Assembly (NCBI GenBank): GCA_010909165.1 | Contig: MU008209.1 | Coordinates: 394,919 to 458,918 of the forward strand | Length of the DNA: 64,000 nucleotides | Direction of reading: 5' to 3' | Source: Anthoceros angustus | Taxonomy: Eukaryota; Plantae; Anthocerotophyta | Part shown: positions 1-13,100 of the stretch, one piece after another | Layout: the number at the start of each line of letters is the position of its first letter | How positions within the stretch are numbered: position 1 is the stretch's first letter | The notes under the pieces: model-generated | Databases searched by the model: none | Seen by the model: the letters and a program-made list of their open reading frames with translations, nothing else | Told to the model about the DNA's origin: nothing | Translations under genes and position numbers: made by a program

Positions 1-1012
1 TTTCCTCACCTTGAGGGGTTCCGGACTACACCCCAATTTCTTCTCAGGCGGTTGTAAACCGCCTCGACCGCCTCCACCTCCTAGGGTCCTCCTCAAACTT
101 TTGAGCGGACCTCCTTGTTGGACGGCCCGGCATCTTCCTGGCGTGTTCGACAAGTGTGACTGCCGAACGTCCACACCGCTGAAGATGTCCAGATGCCACT
201 TCTCCACCAAGTCCTCCTCCTCCAGTGCAGGTAGGTATCTCGGGGGTATGTGCGCTCCACGCCAAGGCTCCCATACCTCCGGCCTTCTTGGGTCCCATCA
301 CCGCCTTACTCCGCCGCATCGGGCCGCATGACGTTGCCTGCCTCTTCGCCGCTCACCCGCCCAACCACGGTGAGCCATGAGAAGGTGCCTCGAAAGGCCA
401 AGAGATAGCGCCTAAAGAGCGGGGTGGCGGAGCGCGAGAGACTGCGAAAATCGTCGTGAGGTCACAAAGAGAAATGGTCTTCCTTCCAGGTTGCGACGCC
501 GAGTAGTCGAGCTAAGGGTGTCCTTCGCCTGTGAATCGCCAGAGGTCTGCATGGCCTACTCCCGCCTTACGCTTCCGCTTACGCTGGCCTTACGCCACCG
601 CGTACTCTAACCTCACGTCGGCGAACCGTACCCGGAGCGTGAATAATCGCTTATAACGTGCCACCGGGCAACTCGCGGGCCCCGGTCTCACGATGCCTGC
701 CCACCACTCAAGACCGGCCCACGTGGCTTTGTCTGTCTAAATCACGCTCCAACTTCTAAGTTACTTTACTTTAGCGTGATTGTCCTGGCCCCCGCCTGAG
801 AGCGTGGTCTGACTTATCCTGACTCCGGCAAGTTGTCCGGAGCTCCTCCCGAGTGCTCGAGTCCTTCCACCTACTCCGTAGTCCTTACTGGAGGTGGAGT
901 ATCCGAGTAGTCCGGCTTATTTCTTCCTTTCCGCCTTATTTTGCACTCCGTACCTACGAAAAAAACAAAACCTAACTCATTCCCTACCCCCGGGGAGAGT
1001 CCGTGGTCCACA
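1..1012. mobile_element. Unclassified element X, terminal fragment (LTR-like end ...GGTCCACA plus start of a minus-strand ORF, MGPKK...)
   Basis: Homologous to about 38460-39430. Both copies end in A-run-CAAAACCTAACTCATT...GGTCCACA, after which the flanks are unrelated. Confidence 0.7.
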
Positions 1013-1147
1013 ACTATTAACTTTAAAACGAGCACATGCAAGCGGCTATGCCGCGAATTGTTCCTCATGGCGACCAATCTGTAACTCATCTGGGCCTTGA
1101 GCTAACACTCCATGTATGAACACTTTTAAGTTCCACATGCACTCCAC

Positions 1148-1686
1148 TTATGGGTCATCAAAACCATTACTCTTGCCCATGGACTTGGCGTCTTCATTAT
1201 CCCAAACTTCTGCCTCATCAATGTCGGCGATGTCGGCGATCGTACCTGTCCTCTTCCTCCATGCCTCGAACTTTCCGGACTCCGGTCCATAGCTGCATAG
1301 AGATTCACGTTTCTTGGTGTGTGGGGAACACATCGAGGAAGTCTTGGCGATGTTTGCATGCGCCTCCTCCAGCCTTTGCCTGCAGAAGTCATGTCAATAG
1401 TATTCAGTACTCAAGCATCCACCTGGTTTGTCTACAATTCCATTTCCATATAAAGTGCGTCAAAGTGTAGAGCGAGAGGACGAAACACACCATCGATGGT
1501 CCACAAAGCACTGTGGGTCATGTGTCGCAGACATAAACTTCGACACACCCCGCACCTGCTCGCCGGTATTGCTTTCTTCCGAGTAGCATCAAAGTCCCTC
1601 TGGAATTGCGACACAACATCGTTCTCCTCCTCTTGCAAAATCCGGTGGAAGCCGATTGTTAGCTCTGGAGCAACATCTGAAAGCAT
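1148..1686 (-). CDS. Spliced gene fragment of unknown function (3' exons)
   Basis: GT-AG intron 1555-1380 joins ORF 1432..1686 to the frame of ORF 1148..1333 in the correct phase (...KAIPASR|QRLEEAHAN...FDDP*). The 5' exons are unresolved. Confidence 0.5.
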
Positions 1687-2354
1687 ACAAATTGCAAACC
1701 GCGGGAACAGCGCTCACCTCAAACGCTTCAGAGCTGTGAGTTAAGTGTAACATCGTGGTACACTCACAACGCAGAGTTGACAATAGTCTTCAACCCGACA
1801 AGCGAGCACCTTTAGAGTCGCTGACATGTAGAGTTGGCTTAAGAGCCGGGCAATAAGACTACGGTATAAATGCGATGCATGCACAACTTAAATGATCAGC
1901 AACGGAAATCTTCGAACTCAGTGGAGAGAAACAGCGCCGCCTTTCCCAAACGACATGTAGGCCAGCAGTAATCATGAAATCGATTAAAATAAAGGTTAAT
2001 CTGAAGAGATTTTAACAGCGTAATGTGCCCATCGATTCAAACCGGGGCAACACCTAGGGTAATCACGTCTCAAACAGGGGTTTATGTTCTCAAGTACTCC
2101 ACGCTGCCACAAGCAGGAAACATCTTCAACGCGGCCTCACTTTGTTTAAACGTCACACAGCGCGCAAGAGCAGCAGACCGCGAGCACCACCGTCCGATCG
2201 GCTTCAGCCGGCCTGTGGAAGTAGGTGCGCACCGCCCATATTCCTTTCCACACGGCTTCATGCAATTCCACTGTTTTCTCTAACCCAGCTCCTCTTTCTT
2301 TCACTATTCTATGCCAGGGTATCATTGGGACGGAAGTTGCGGAGCAAGAAGGAC

Positions 2355-4997
2355 ATGGCGGACACACTTGGCGACCCGCCAGCAGTGGCCCCAAGGCAGA
2401 AGAAAGTGAAGAAGAAATCGACGGCGGATGATGCAAGCTCGGGTCCGCCGGGTGGAGGAACAACACGGAGGGGCATCCAAGAAAACCGATCGCACCAACA
2501 AAGCAAGCACAAAATCCGGAGCGGTTGGGTTGGAGAAGGCAGGTGGATCCAAAGGGCAGAAGAAAGGGCAACCAGAGCCAGTGCCGTCACCTTATAACCC
2601 GGAGGAAACCATGCTTTTGAGGAGACTGACCAATTCTCATGATGCAATTGTATGCATGGACAAGGAGTGGTTTCTGCAACAGGAAGCCGAAAATTTGGAT
2701 GATGCTGAGCGGTGGACACTGCTTTTGAAATTGTGGGTAACAGAATTTGGACCAGCCAAGCCTAATCAGAGAGTGAAAGTCGGATGGGTTGTCTGGGCTA
2801 ACTTGGACTTGTCAAACGGAGACCCGGAGTTTGAGATGTTGTTGACAACAAAGCCACAACAATTAGATGAAATACGCCCGGTTCCTGATGAGTTCAAGGT
2901 TTTCACCGTGGGGCTCGGAATGTTCAAGGTGAATAAGTGCACACCAGAGGTGTTAGTGACCGCATTTCGAGAGAGTATGAGTGACCCGCAAGTAAGTATT
3001 ATTTGAACTGGATTTGTTTTCTGCAACTCATCCTGGTCCTTTGTTGCTGTGAAGGTGTGATTCCCAAATGTAGTGAATTGTGCGGGCTGGGAGGGCTTTC
3101 TACAAGCAACTGTGTAGTTTCATCACGTAGTCAGTCATTGACCACCGGAGAGAGCTAAGCATGCAGCGTGCGAGAGCAGCGCTACCTAGAATTATGGGAA
3201 ACGATGCAACAGGTAGCTCGGAGGATGAAGAATTGGAACCTGAAGACGAGCATGACAAACTCCTGGAAGGGCAGTCTGATGACGAAGAGGGGAAAAATAT
3301 GGAATCTGATGCTGAGGACCAAGACAAGGAAGCCGAAGACATCCTAGAATTTGCTATGCATCGAGCATCTCTAGAAGTGCCTACTATTGCATATGACCTC
3401 CAGCTTCGGGAGGACGCCGGCATGTCGGCGTCCTCCCTGCCTTGGAGTGTCCCCAGTCCCTCCCAACCCCACATGCTGGCATGTTTATGGATGTCGGACG
3501 TGGAGGGGATGAGAGAGGACGCCGGCATGCCGGCGTCCACCCTTCATCATCCCAGGGCCGGCGGCACCCATCCACAATGGTTGGAGCTGTCCGCACCGAT
3601 GATGTAGGTGACAGGCCTTTGGGGGGACCAAGCATCGAAGACCGCCACGGGAAAAATAGGCCCGGACAACATCGAGAAGGAGATCCCCAAGCCCAATGGA
3701 AGAGGAAGACAGACCGTCCGGGAACGAGCTTATCACCGCGGATGTGAACAGGGCAGGTGGGAAGAGGAAAGGAAATAGAGAAGCAGCAGATGCTGGAAAT
3801 GGGAGTCAACTCGCAGATGATGTAGATGTTTCACCGCTAAAAGGTGAAAAGGAAGCTCCAATGAAGATGACATACCCACAGTTCATCTTTCAACAGATGA
3901 GGAGAGGCTGGCATCTTCTTTTCACGAGGAGGACTATCTAACCAAAGATTTGGGATGCGCCACATGCAAAGAAGGTTGTGCCCAAACGCATAGTGAAGTC
4001 GAGAATCTGTGCCGCTTCCTACCCCTCACCTGTATGAACAAATAAGGTGGGTGGATGAGGCATGGTCCAATTACTTGGCCCGCGTGATTGGAAAGGGACG
4101 AGTGGAAGAGGGCGTATTGCCTCTTCTGTGTATGATCGACCCAAAGGAGTGTGATGATCTGGAAGACTTGGACTGGAAAAAATTCAGGGCGAAGAAGTAT
4201 ATAATGGGCGTTTTAGGAGGCAATCCCACATTTGCTGTTGTGCAACACCTGGCGGACATTTTGCCTGTGAAAGAGCGATTCAAGTGGATAGAGGCCCATG
4301 TATATTGTGGGCTTACTTTACAAGAGATGAGGGTACTGGCAACATATCACAACACAATGCCTGGAGCAAACGCTTAAGATGTCTTTTATTGAGCAAGTTA
4401 GATACCTCGGAGAACGCTCATTGCGGCGAGATGGCGGTATATGTCAATGACTTGGAAGTTCAACTTATACAAGGTTCCCCGATCAAGACGATGAGGGACG
4501 AGAAGATGATGCACAAACAGTAACAAAGTCGACAATGTAACACATCTTGTGCATAGCGAAAGCCGAAGGGAAAGTCTCGGACCAATGTTGACAAGATCTT
4601 CAAGTGGAGGCTTGTGAATTGCCCCGAGCAAAAAAACATGTGGCGGCCGGTATGAACAAGAAGAGCAAAGGGAAGCGCAAAGGCAATCAAGACATGAAGG
4701 GTAAGAAGGGGTGTTTAGAAACCAAAGGTGGAGAAGACGGCTCGCGTTGCTTTCAAGGCATTCCAACAAGAGAAAGCGGGCAGCAAATGTATATCGCTGC
4801 AATCAAAAGTGGTCACCGTCTCATCGATTTGAAGGGTATGTCGGATGAAATTATTTTGCGGAAAAAGTTGCATATCATTCAGGTGGCAATGGCCAAGCAC
4901 CTTGGGTATTCGTCTTTCAAGATGGTGAGACAGGAGTATCCTCAACACTCCACTGACGAAGTGGTTGCTAGATTCCAGACGGCATTTGAGGGCAAGG
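2355..4997 (+). pseudogene. Spliced gene with a ParB/Srx-like domain (5' part, interrupted by copia)
   Basis: In-phase intron 2992-3130 (CAA|GTAAGT...GTAG|TCA). Motifs RWVDEAWSNYL...IDP...GVLGGNPTFAVVQHL...VYCGLTLQEMRVLATYHN at about 4040-4350 resemble the ParB-like GxH...A...Y.GL...HN pattern. Several frameshifts. Confidence 0.55.
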
Positions 4998-5152
4998 TAA
5001 TTTTAATTCAGTATCCTAGTGGTTCAAACTGCAGGAAAGGTTCTCCTCGAGGGAGGGTGCCAGCATGCCGGCGCCCTCCCTTGTTTTGGTATCCATGGTT
5101 GTGGTGGGCGCCCGCATGTTGGCGCCCACCCTAGTTTTGGCCTCTTGGGGCC

Positions 5153-5372
5153 TGATAAAATAGCTTACTATTAGGGCACTCTTCACTAGGGCACCTAGGA
5201 CTTAATAATTAATTTAGTCCTTAGGGCACTAAGTAGTTTCTTCTAGTAGTTATTTAATTGGTTAGTTGTTACAACCACCACTTACAACAACCTTGCCTAC
5301 ATAAAGGCATGTACTTTCTATTATGAATGTAATGCAACACATATTGCTTGAGCTTGTGTATGATTCTCATCA
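5153..5372 (+). repeat. Copia 1 5' LTR (about 220 bp, TG...CA)
   Basis: TGATAAAATAGC...GATTCTCATCA, followed directly by the PBS. Confidence 0.9.
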
Positions 5373-5384
5373 TGGTATCAGAGC
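5373..5384 (+). promoter_or_regulatory. Primer binding site, initiator tRNA-Met type
   Basis: TGGTATCAGAGC immediately after the LTR. Confidence 0.9.
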
Positions 5385-6155
5385 ACACTTGCTCTTTGTT
5401 TTCTTGTGCATCCTCGTGCATCTAAGTAGCTTATCTAGGAGACACTTTTTAATCTAGCATTTGCCTAGATGGATTGTGTTTATCCTAGAATTGCTATCTT
5501 TGCATGCATTCCTTTTATGCTAACATTTCTCTTCTAACAATGCTTTTATGCACTAATTCTTTGTCCTTCCTCCATGGATTTGTGTTCCCTTAGAAGGAGG
5601 AGGCATAGAGTTAAGAAGAGAGGTAGTCCCGCAAGACAATAAGAACAAATTAGGAGTCCAACATATAGAAGCAATAGAAGACAACAAGCTATAGAGGGAG
5701 AGATAGAAGAAACCTCCTCTTGTATAGCAAACTTCATTGCATCTATCTTAATTTCTAAACCAGATCAAGGGAAGTTTGTCATGTCAAGCTAGCTAGACGT
5801 GATTTGCTAGAAGTTTTTAGCCCAATTCACGTCAAGGCATTAGAATTAGCTCTCCAACATATCCCAAACTTGAATGCTGGTATTAGTACTCCTTTATCTT
5901 CTAGTCTCAAGACAAAATAGCATAGAAACTCTTAGATTTCAAGAAATTGATAGTCAATTAGCAACTCTTAGAATCCAATCTTTGATCTTAAGGGAGAATT
6001 ATCTGAATTAAGGACAAAATTGTCTATTCTCTCTAAGGTTGATAATGCGCAGATTTGAGAGCATGCTATCATCATCCGAATCGATTATGATGCAAGAGAA
6101 GAGTTTCGTGCAATAGAGAAGATGAGGTCAGGCCTAGTCCTCTAAATCACCTACA

Positions 6156-9100
6156 ATGGCTGGAGTGATCAATGATGAAGAACAAACTGCTCCTAATTCC
6201 CCATTGGGTAATGATAATGCTAACACTTCATTGCATTATCATTATTGCTTCAAAGAGAAAGATAGATTCAATGGAAGGGATTATGACATCCGGTCATTGA
6301 GAATGCGAGGAGCTTTGCGGCAAAGAGACCTTTGGGGCATCGTCGATGGATCAATTCCAAGGCCACACGCCCGATTTGAACGTGAACTTCAACCTTCCGG
6401 ACGCTGTGACGAGAAGGCACAAGATTTATTGGTCTGGACTTTCTCAACATATGGTGAGACATGTCGCACGCAAAGACCTCCAAGGATATGTGGACTCACC
6501 TTGCTCAATTATATTCATCTCGAGATGTAATGAGTATTGTTGCGCTTCACGTAACTTCCGCAACCTCTCAATGAAGGAGTCCGACACCATCGAACATCAT
6601 GTTAATGCAGATTGGCACGATCCCATTTGGAATCTTCAATGGCGTACCTATCTCGAGATGGAGGCTTACGTCATTCTCTTATCTTCATTGCCACCTTCTT
6701 ATAGGGCTTTCATTACAACTCAAAATGCGTGATTCGCAATGTCGAAAAAGCTGCAGATGAAGATCCAAATGAAGAGCCGACATCGTGTTCGAACTTATTG
6801 GAGCATTGCTACGGAGGAGGCAAGCACGTCATCATCACTCCGAGCCAACAAGCAGTGATGTATTCACAAAGGGGTAGAGGAAGAGGACGAGGCCGAGGTT
6901 CTACTTTCCAACGACCCCATATCCCGCACATACTTTCCATGATGGAGAGGCATCTTCTTCAACACCGCAAGAGGTAACAAGAAGATCGGGATTATATGTA
7001 ATTGGTGCGTAATCCCAAATCACATGGAAAAGGATTGTCGAAGAAGAAGAATGGGAACCTCAAGGAGGCCCCACTGAGCTAACATTGCGGAAGAAACAAT
7101 CTTCCTCAACTCCAGGTGCTCACTGTGTGCTTCTTCCAAGCCCTCCAATACCTCATGGTACTTAGACAGGAGCTACTTCACATATTTGTTACAATGAAAC
7201 TCTTTTGAGTCTTACTCACCCAGGACATCCGTCTCCTCCGGAGATGATCACAACCTACCCATTGCGGTGTTGGTTGATTGTATTCAAGTGTGATTCGTCT
7301 TCATCTTCATCAAGTCCTCCATGTTCCTTCAATGTGCAAGAATCTAGTATCACCGCAAGTCTTTGTCAAGAACACACTAGTGGTGATCCTTTATGCGATA
7401 GTTGTCTTCTCTCATAAGTGATAGAAACTATACAATGCGTGCACTTTAGATGATGGTCTCTATAGATTGTCAAGACAAGTGGGAGCCACCCATTCTCGCT
7501 AATGTTGCCATTCCAAACCCTGACACCTACCCAAACCATGCTTTGGCATTGTCGCCTTGGTCATCCTAATAGTCAAAAATTAATCCAAATGTCTAAGGGA
7601 GCTTTATATAGAACCCTTGCCTTGCAAAGGTTGAACACCTACCTTGGTGCGAATCTTGTGTCCTCACTAAACGACATCAAGAGCCTTTCAAAATAAATCT
7701 CCACAAAGGGCCAAGTCACCTTTAGAGATAGTGCACATGACATTTGTGGACCCTTGTCTACACCCTCCTTTAGTGGTAGTAGATATTTTTGACCTTCACA
7801 GATGATTTCTCTCGCTTTGTCTTTTCCTACATCCCGAAAAACAAGAGTGATGCCTTTCACTTCTTCAAGGACTACATGAAATGAGAGACTTACGATCACA
7901 AACTCAAGACCTTACGTTCCGACAATGGTGGAGAGTTTACATCATCGAATTTGAGGATTTTGTCGAACAAGGTATAGCTCAACAACTTACTTGTCTACAC
8001 TCCTCAACAAAATGGCGAGGCCGAGAACAAGAATCTACGCCCAAGAGATCACAGGTTGCTTATTGGTACAAGCTAAGTTATCTAAGGCTTATTGGGCAGA
8101 CCTCCACAAAGAACCTATCTCATGAATCGATTGCCTACATCAGCTCAAGGTATGACTCCATATGAAGCATTCATTGGCAAGAAGCCTTCTATTGACCACC
8201 TTGAATTTTTGGATCCCGCATATGTTTTTATTCCCAAAGCATTGCGTAAGAAGTTGGATCCCAAAGCAAGTACACTTTCATTGGCTACACCAAGGTATCA
8301 AAGGTACAAATTGTTCAACCCTTCTACAAGGCAACTTTTATACGCGAGTGTTACTTTTCATGAGTCTTACCTCTTTTCCCCATGGAGCGATGATTGGTCC
8401 TCCTCTTGATGAGACCATTGACCCTTCTTATTTTTGATGATCCGATTATTTCACTCCATTTCCCATTCCCGCTTCGTGTTCCTTTAGTTGAACCTATTAT
8501 GCGAGGAGGAGGAGTTAGCATCTATTCCACAACACAACTCAACGACGAACTGATGTTGACATCCCAGCAGAGGCGCGCTTGACACTCATGATGATGAGTT
8601 TGATGACCCTCCGGAGGATGACATTGTGGAGCCAGCAGATCCTCGTTGATCCGCTCCTGGATGATGCACTGCACAAAGGTACAACCTTAGATCCCGACCT
8701 ACTATCTCGGTCCTGCAGTTGGAAGGAACCTCCTTTAGGATACCTAGCTTTTTGATGATCCTATACCCCTATATCACTTTATTCTCAAGTCTACAAGGCA
8801 ACTATAGACCCGAAGAACCTCTTACCTTAAAACAAGCTTTCTCTTCTCCCGAAAAAGACTTATGGAAGGTAGTCAGATTCGAATATAATTCCCTAGTTAA
8901 TAACTCTACATGGAATTGGTCAAACCACCTAGGGGTAGGAAGATAGTAACCAGCAAATGGGTATTCAAAATTAAAAGAAAAGGAGATGGTTCTATAGAAA
9001 GGTATAAGGCACGCCTAGTAGAGGTTTACACAAATTCTGGTCTAGATTACATACCTTGGGCCACTTATGCCCCAGTAGCCAAATTTGCCACACTTCGAAT

Positions 9101-9700
9101 GATATTTGCCTTATGTGCCCAACATGATCTTGAACTCCACATGATGGATGTTAAGACAGCATATTTGTATGGGCGCCTACAAGAGGAAATATACATGAGA
9201 CAACCCGAGGGTTACGAAGTTAAGGGCAAAGAAGATTGGGTATATGCCGACTCATCAAAGGTTTGTATGGCCTTAAGCAAAAAGAATTGGAACTAACCAT
9301 ACATGTACAACTTATTGGGAGAGGATTTAAGCAAAGCCGGTGATGCTTGTATGTACATCCTAATATCCGCAATGATATATTTTATCTTCTACTTTATGTT
9401 GATGATGTTTTTATGGCAACAAACTCCCTCACTCTCCTAGCGAAACTAAAGCATGGCTTAGGACTCTATTTGAGATGTCCGATCTAGGAGAAATGACATA
9501 TGCACTTGGTGTTAATATTATACTAAATAGAGGTAATAAGACTCTAAGTATAGTTCAAACCAAGTATATTAAGGAGAGTTTAGCTAAATTTGGACTTGAG
9601 GATGCAAAGCTGCACCCACACCTTTGCAAGTGGTGTTAGGCTTACCTCTATATGAGTCCCAAAATAGCTGAAAAAAGCTAGAAATGTTAGCGCTCCATAT
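6156..9700 (+). pseudogene. Copia 1 gag-pol (gag, CCHC knuckle, protease, integrase, RT), frameshifted
   Basis: FNGRDY...LWGIVDG gag motif, ICNWC...HMEKDC at about 6990, WYLD.GATSH at about 7160, LWHCRLGHPN, D.CGP...RYFLTFTDD, and RT motifs KWVFKIK...RYKARLV and MDVKTAYLYG. Confidence 0.9.
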
Positions 9701-10194
9701 CGACATGCTATTGCACTGGCGCGACCACTGACGGCGCACAATCCCGTGTTGTTGCAAGGGTCCGCTCCCAAGAGAATGATAGGCTCGTTGACACGTTTCG
9801 AATTTTACCCCATGTCGTGGACCTTAGATCTGAAAGTGCCAAGTACCCGCCTTCTGACAACTACTCTTAACGTCTACCGAAGCAGGCTTGTGGCTAAACG
9901 TTTAAGGACTTCGTCGCCCGTGCCTGATCGCCCGCCCCTCATCGCCGCTCCGCCGGGCCTCTCCGGCTCCGCCTCCCGAGTTCCCACCATGCTCCGGCCC
10001 GTCTGACGCCGGGCCGCCGACGGGAGCAGCAAGGGTCCCCGATCGCCCACCCCCCGCACACACCATCTCACGTTAGGGTCCGTCACCGTGACCTTGATCG
10101 GCCTCTCCGAGCTGCCGCCAGGACTCGTGACTCACGTTAGCAAAGACGCACAAGGGTCTACAACGAAACGCGCTTTCCACCCCAAGAGAAAGCG

Positions 10195-13100
10195 GGCAAG
10201 AAATGTATATCGCAACTCAAAAGTGGTCGATCGTCTCATCGACGAAGGGGTGTTTGATGAAATTATTTTATGGAAAAAGTTGCATATCATCTGTGTGGCC
10301 AAGCACCTTGGGTGCCTTCAAGATGGAGACAGAGTATCCTCAACACCCCACCCATTTGGGTGGTGCTAGATTCCGCATTTGAGGGCAAGGTAATTTAATT
10401 CAAGATCCTAGTGGTTCAAACCGGCAGAAAGGTTTCCTCGAGGAGGGTGCCGATGCCTCCGCCCTTGTTTTGGTATCCATGAGTTGTGGTGGGCGCCTCG
10501 CATGTGGCGCCCACCCCAGTTTTGGCCTCTGGGGCCTCGATAAAATAGCTTACTATTAGGCACTCTTCACTAGGGCACCTAGGACTTAATAATTAATTTA
10601 GTCCTTAGGGCTCTAGGTAGTTTCTTTAGTAGTTATTTAATTGGTTAGTTTACAACCACTTATTGGTTACAACTACCTTGCCTACATAAAGGCATGTACT
10701 TTCTATTATGAATGTAATGCAACACATATTGCTAGAGCTTGTGTATGATTCTCATCATGGTATCGAGCACACTTGCTCTTTGTTTGCTGTGCATCCTCAT
10801 GCATCTAAGTAGCTTATCTAGGAGACACTTTCTAATCTAGCATTTGCCTAGATGGATTGTGTTTATCCTAGAATTGCTATCTTTGCATGCATTCTTTTAT
10901 GCTAACATTTCTCTTCTAACAATGCTTTTATGCACTAATTCTTTGTTCTTCCTCCATGGATTTGTGTTCCCTTAGAAGGAGAAGGCATAGAGTTAAGAAG
11001 AGAAGTAGTCCCGCAAGACAACAAGAACAAATTAGGAGCCCAACACATAGAAGCAATAGACAACAAGCTATAGAGGGAGAGTAGAAAAACCTCCTCTTGT
11101 ATAGCAAACTTCATTGCATCTATTTTAATTTCTAAACCGGATCAAGGGAAGTTTATCAAGCTAGCTAGACGTGATTTGCTAGAAGTTTTAGTCCAATTCA
11201 CGTCAAGGCATTAGAATTAGCTCCAACATATCCCAAATTTGAATGGTATTAGTACTCCTTTATCTTCTACTTTATGTTGATGATGTTTTTATGGCAACAA
11301 ACTCCCTCACTCTCCTAGCGAAACTAAAGCATGGCTTAGGACTCTATTTGAGATGTCCGATCTAGGAGAAATGACATATGCACTTGGTGTTAATATTATA
11401 CTAAATAGAGGTAATAAGACTCTAAGTATAGTTCAAACCAAGTATATTAAGGAGAGTTTAGCTAAATTTGGACTTGAGGATGCAAAGCTGCACCCACACC
11501 TTTGCAAGTGGTGTTAGGCTTACCTCTATATGAGTCCCAAAATAGCTGAAAAAAGCTAGAAATGTTAGCGCTCCATATCGACATGCTATTGCACTGGCGC
11601 GACCACTGACGGCGCACAATCCCGTGTTGTTGCAAGGGTCCGCTCCCAAGAGAATGATAGGCTCGTTGACACGTTTCGAATTTTACCCCATGTCGTGGAC
11701 CTTAGATCTGAAAGTGCCAAGTACCCGCCTTCTGACAACTACTCTTAACGTCTACCGAAGCAGGCTTGTGGCTAAACGTTTAAGGACTTCGTCGCCCGTG
11801 CCTGATCGCCCGCCCCTCATCGCCGCTCCGCCGGGCCTCTCCGGCTCCGCCTCCCGAGTTCCCACCATGCTCCGGCCCGTCTGACGCCGGGCCGCCGACG
11901 GGAGCAGCAAGGGTCCCCGATCGCCCACCCCCCGCACACACCATCTCACGTTAGGGTCCGTCACCGTGACCTTGATCGGCCTCTCCGAGCTGCCGCCAGG
12001 ACTCGTGACTCACGTTAGCAAAGACGCACAAGGGTCTACAACGAAACGCGCTTTCCACCCCAAGAGAAAGATAGATTCAATGGAAGGGATTATGACATCC
12101 GGTCATTGAGAATGCGAGGAGCTTTGCGGCAAAGAGACCTTTGGGGCATCGTCGATGGATCAATTCCAAGGCCACACGCGATTTGAACGTGAACTTCAAC
12201 CTTCCGGACGCTGTGACGAGAAGGCACAAGATTTATTGGTCATGGACTTTCTCAACATATGGTGAGACATGTCGCACGCAAAGACCTCCAAGGATATGTG
12301 GACTCACCTTGCTCAATTATATTCATCTCGAGATGTAATGAGTATTGTTGCACAACTTCCGCAACCTCTCAATGAAGGAGTCCGACACCATCGAACATCA
12401 TGTTAATGCATTTCGATTGGCACGATCCCATTTGGAATCTTCAATGGCGTACCTATCTCGAGATGGAGGCTTACGTCATTCTCTTATCTTCATTGCCACC
12501 TTCTTATAGGGCTTTCATTACAACTCAAAATGCGTGATTCGTAATGTCGAAAAGCTGCAGATGAAGATCCAAATGAAGAGCCGACATCGTGTTTCGAACT
12601 TATTGGAGCATTGCTACGGAGGAGGCAAGCACGTCATCATCACTCCAGCCAACAAGCAGTGATGTATTCACAAAGGGTAGAGGAAGAGGACGAGGCCGAG
12701 GTTCTACTTTCCACGACCCCATATCCCGCACATACTTTCCATGATGGAGAGGCATCTTCTTCAACACCGCAAGAGGTAACAAGAAGATCGGGATTATATG
12801 TAATTGGTGCGTAATCCCAAATCACATGGAAAAGGATTGTCGTAAGAAGAAGAATGGGAACCTCAAGGAGGCCCCACTGAGCTAACATTGCGGAAGAAAC
12901 AATCTTCCTCAACTCCAGGTGCTCACTGTGTGCTTCTTCCAAGCCCTCCAATACCTCATGGTACTTAGACAGGAGCTACTTCACATATTTGTTACAATGA
13001 AACTCTTTTGAGTCTTACTCACCCAGGACATCCGTCTCCTCCGGAGATGATCACAACCTACCCATTGCGGTGTTGGTTGATTGTATTCAAGTGTGATTCG

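Noticed and set aside
1148-1333. hAT transposase dimerisation domain (HTKKR resemblance)
   Set aside because: Surrounding ERxFS/W motifs are absent; a five-residue match is insufficient.
10539-10757. 3' LTR closing copia 1
   Set aside because: It is followed by the PBS and preceded by the same host flank as the 5' LTR, so it is part of a segmental duplicate; RNase H lies much further downstream.
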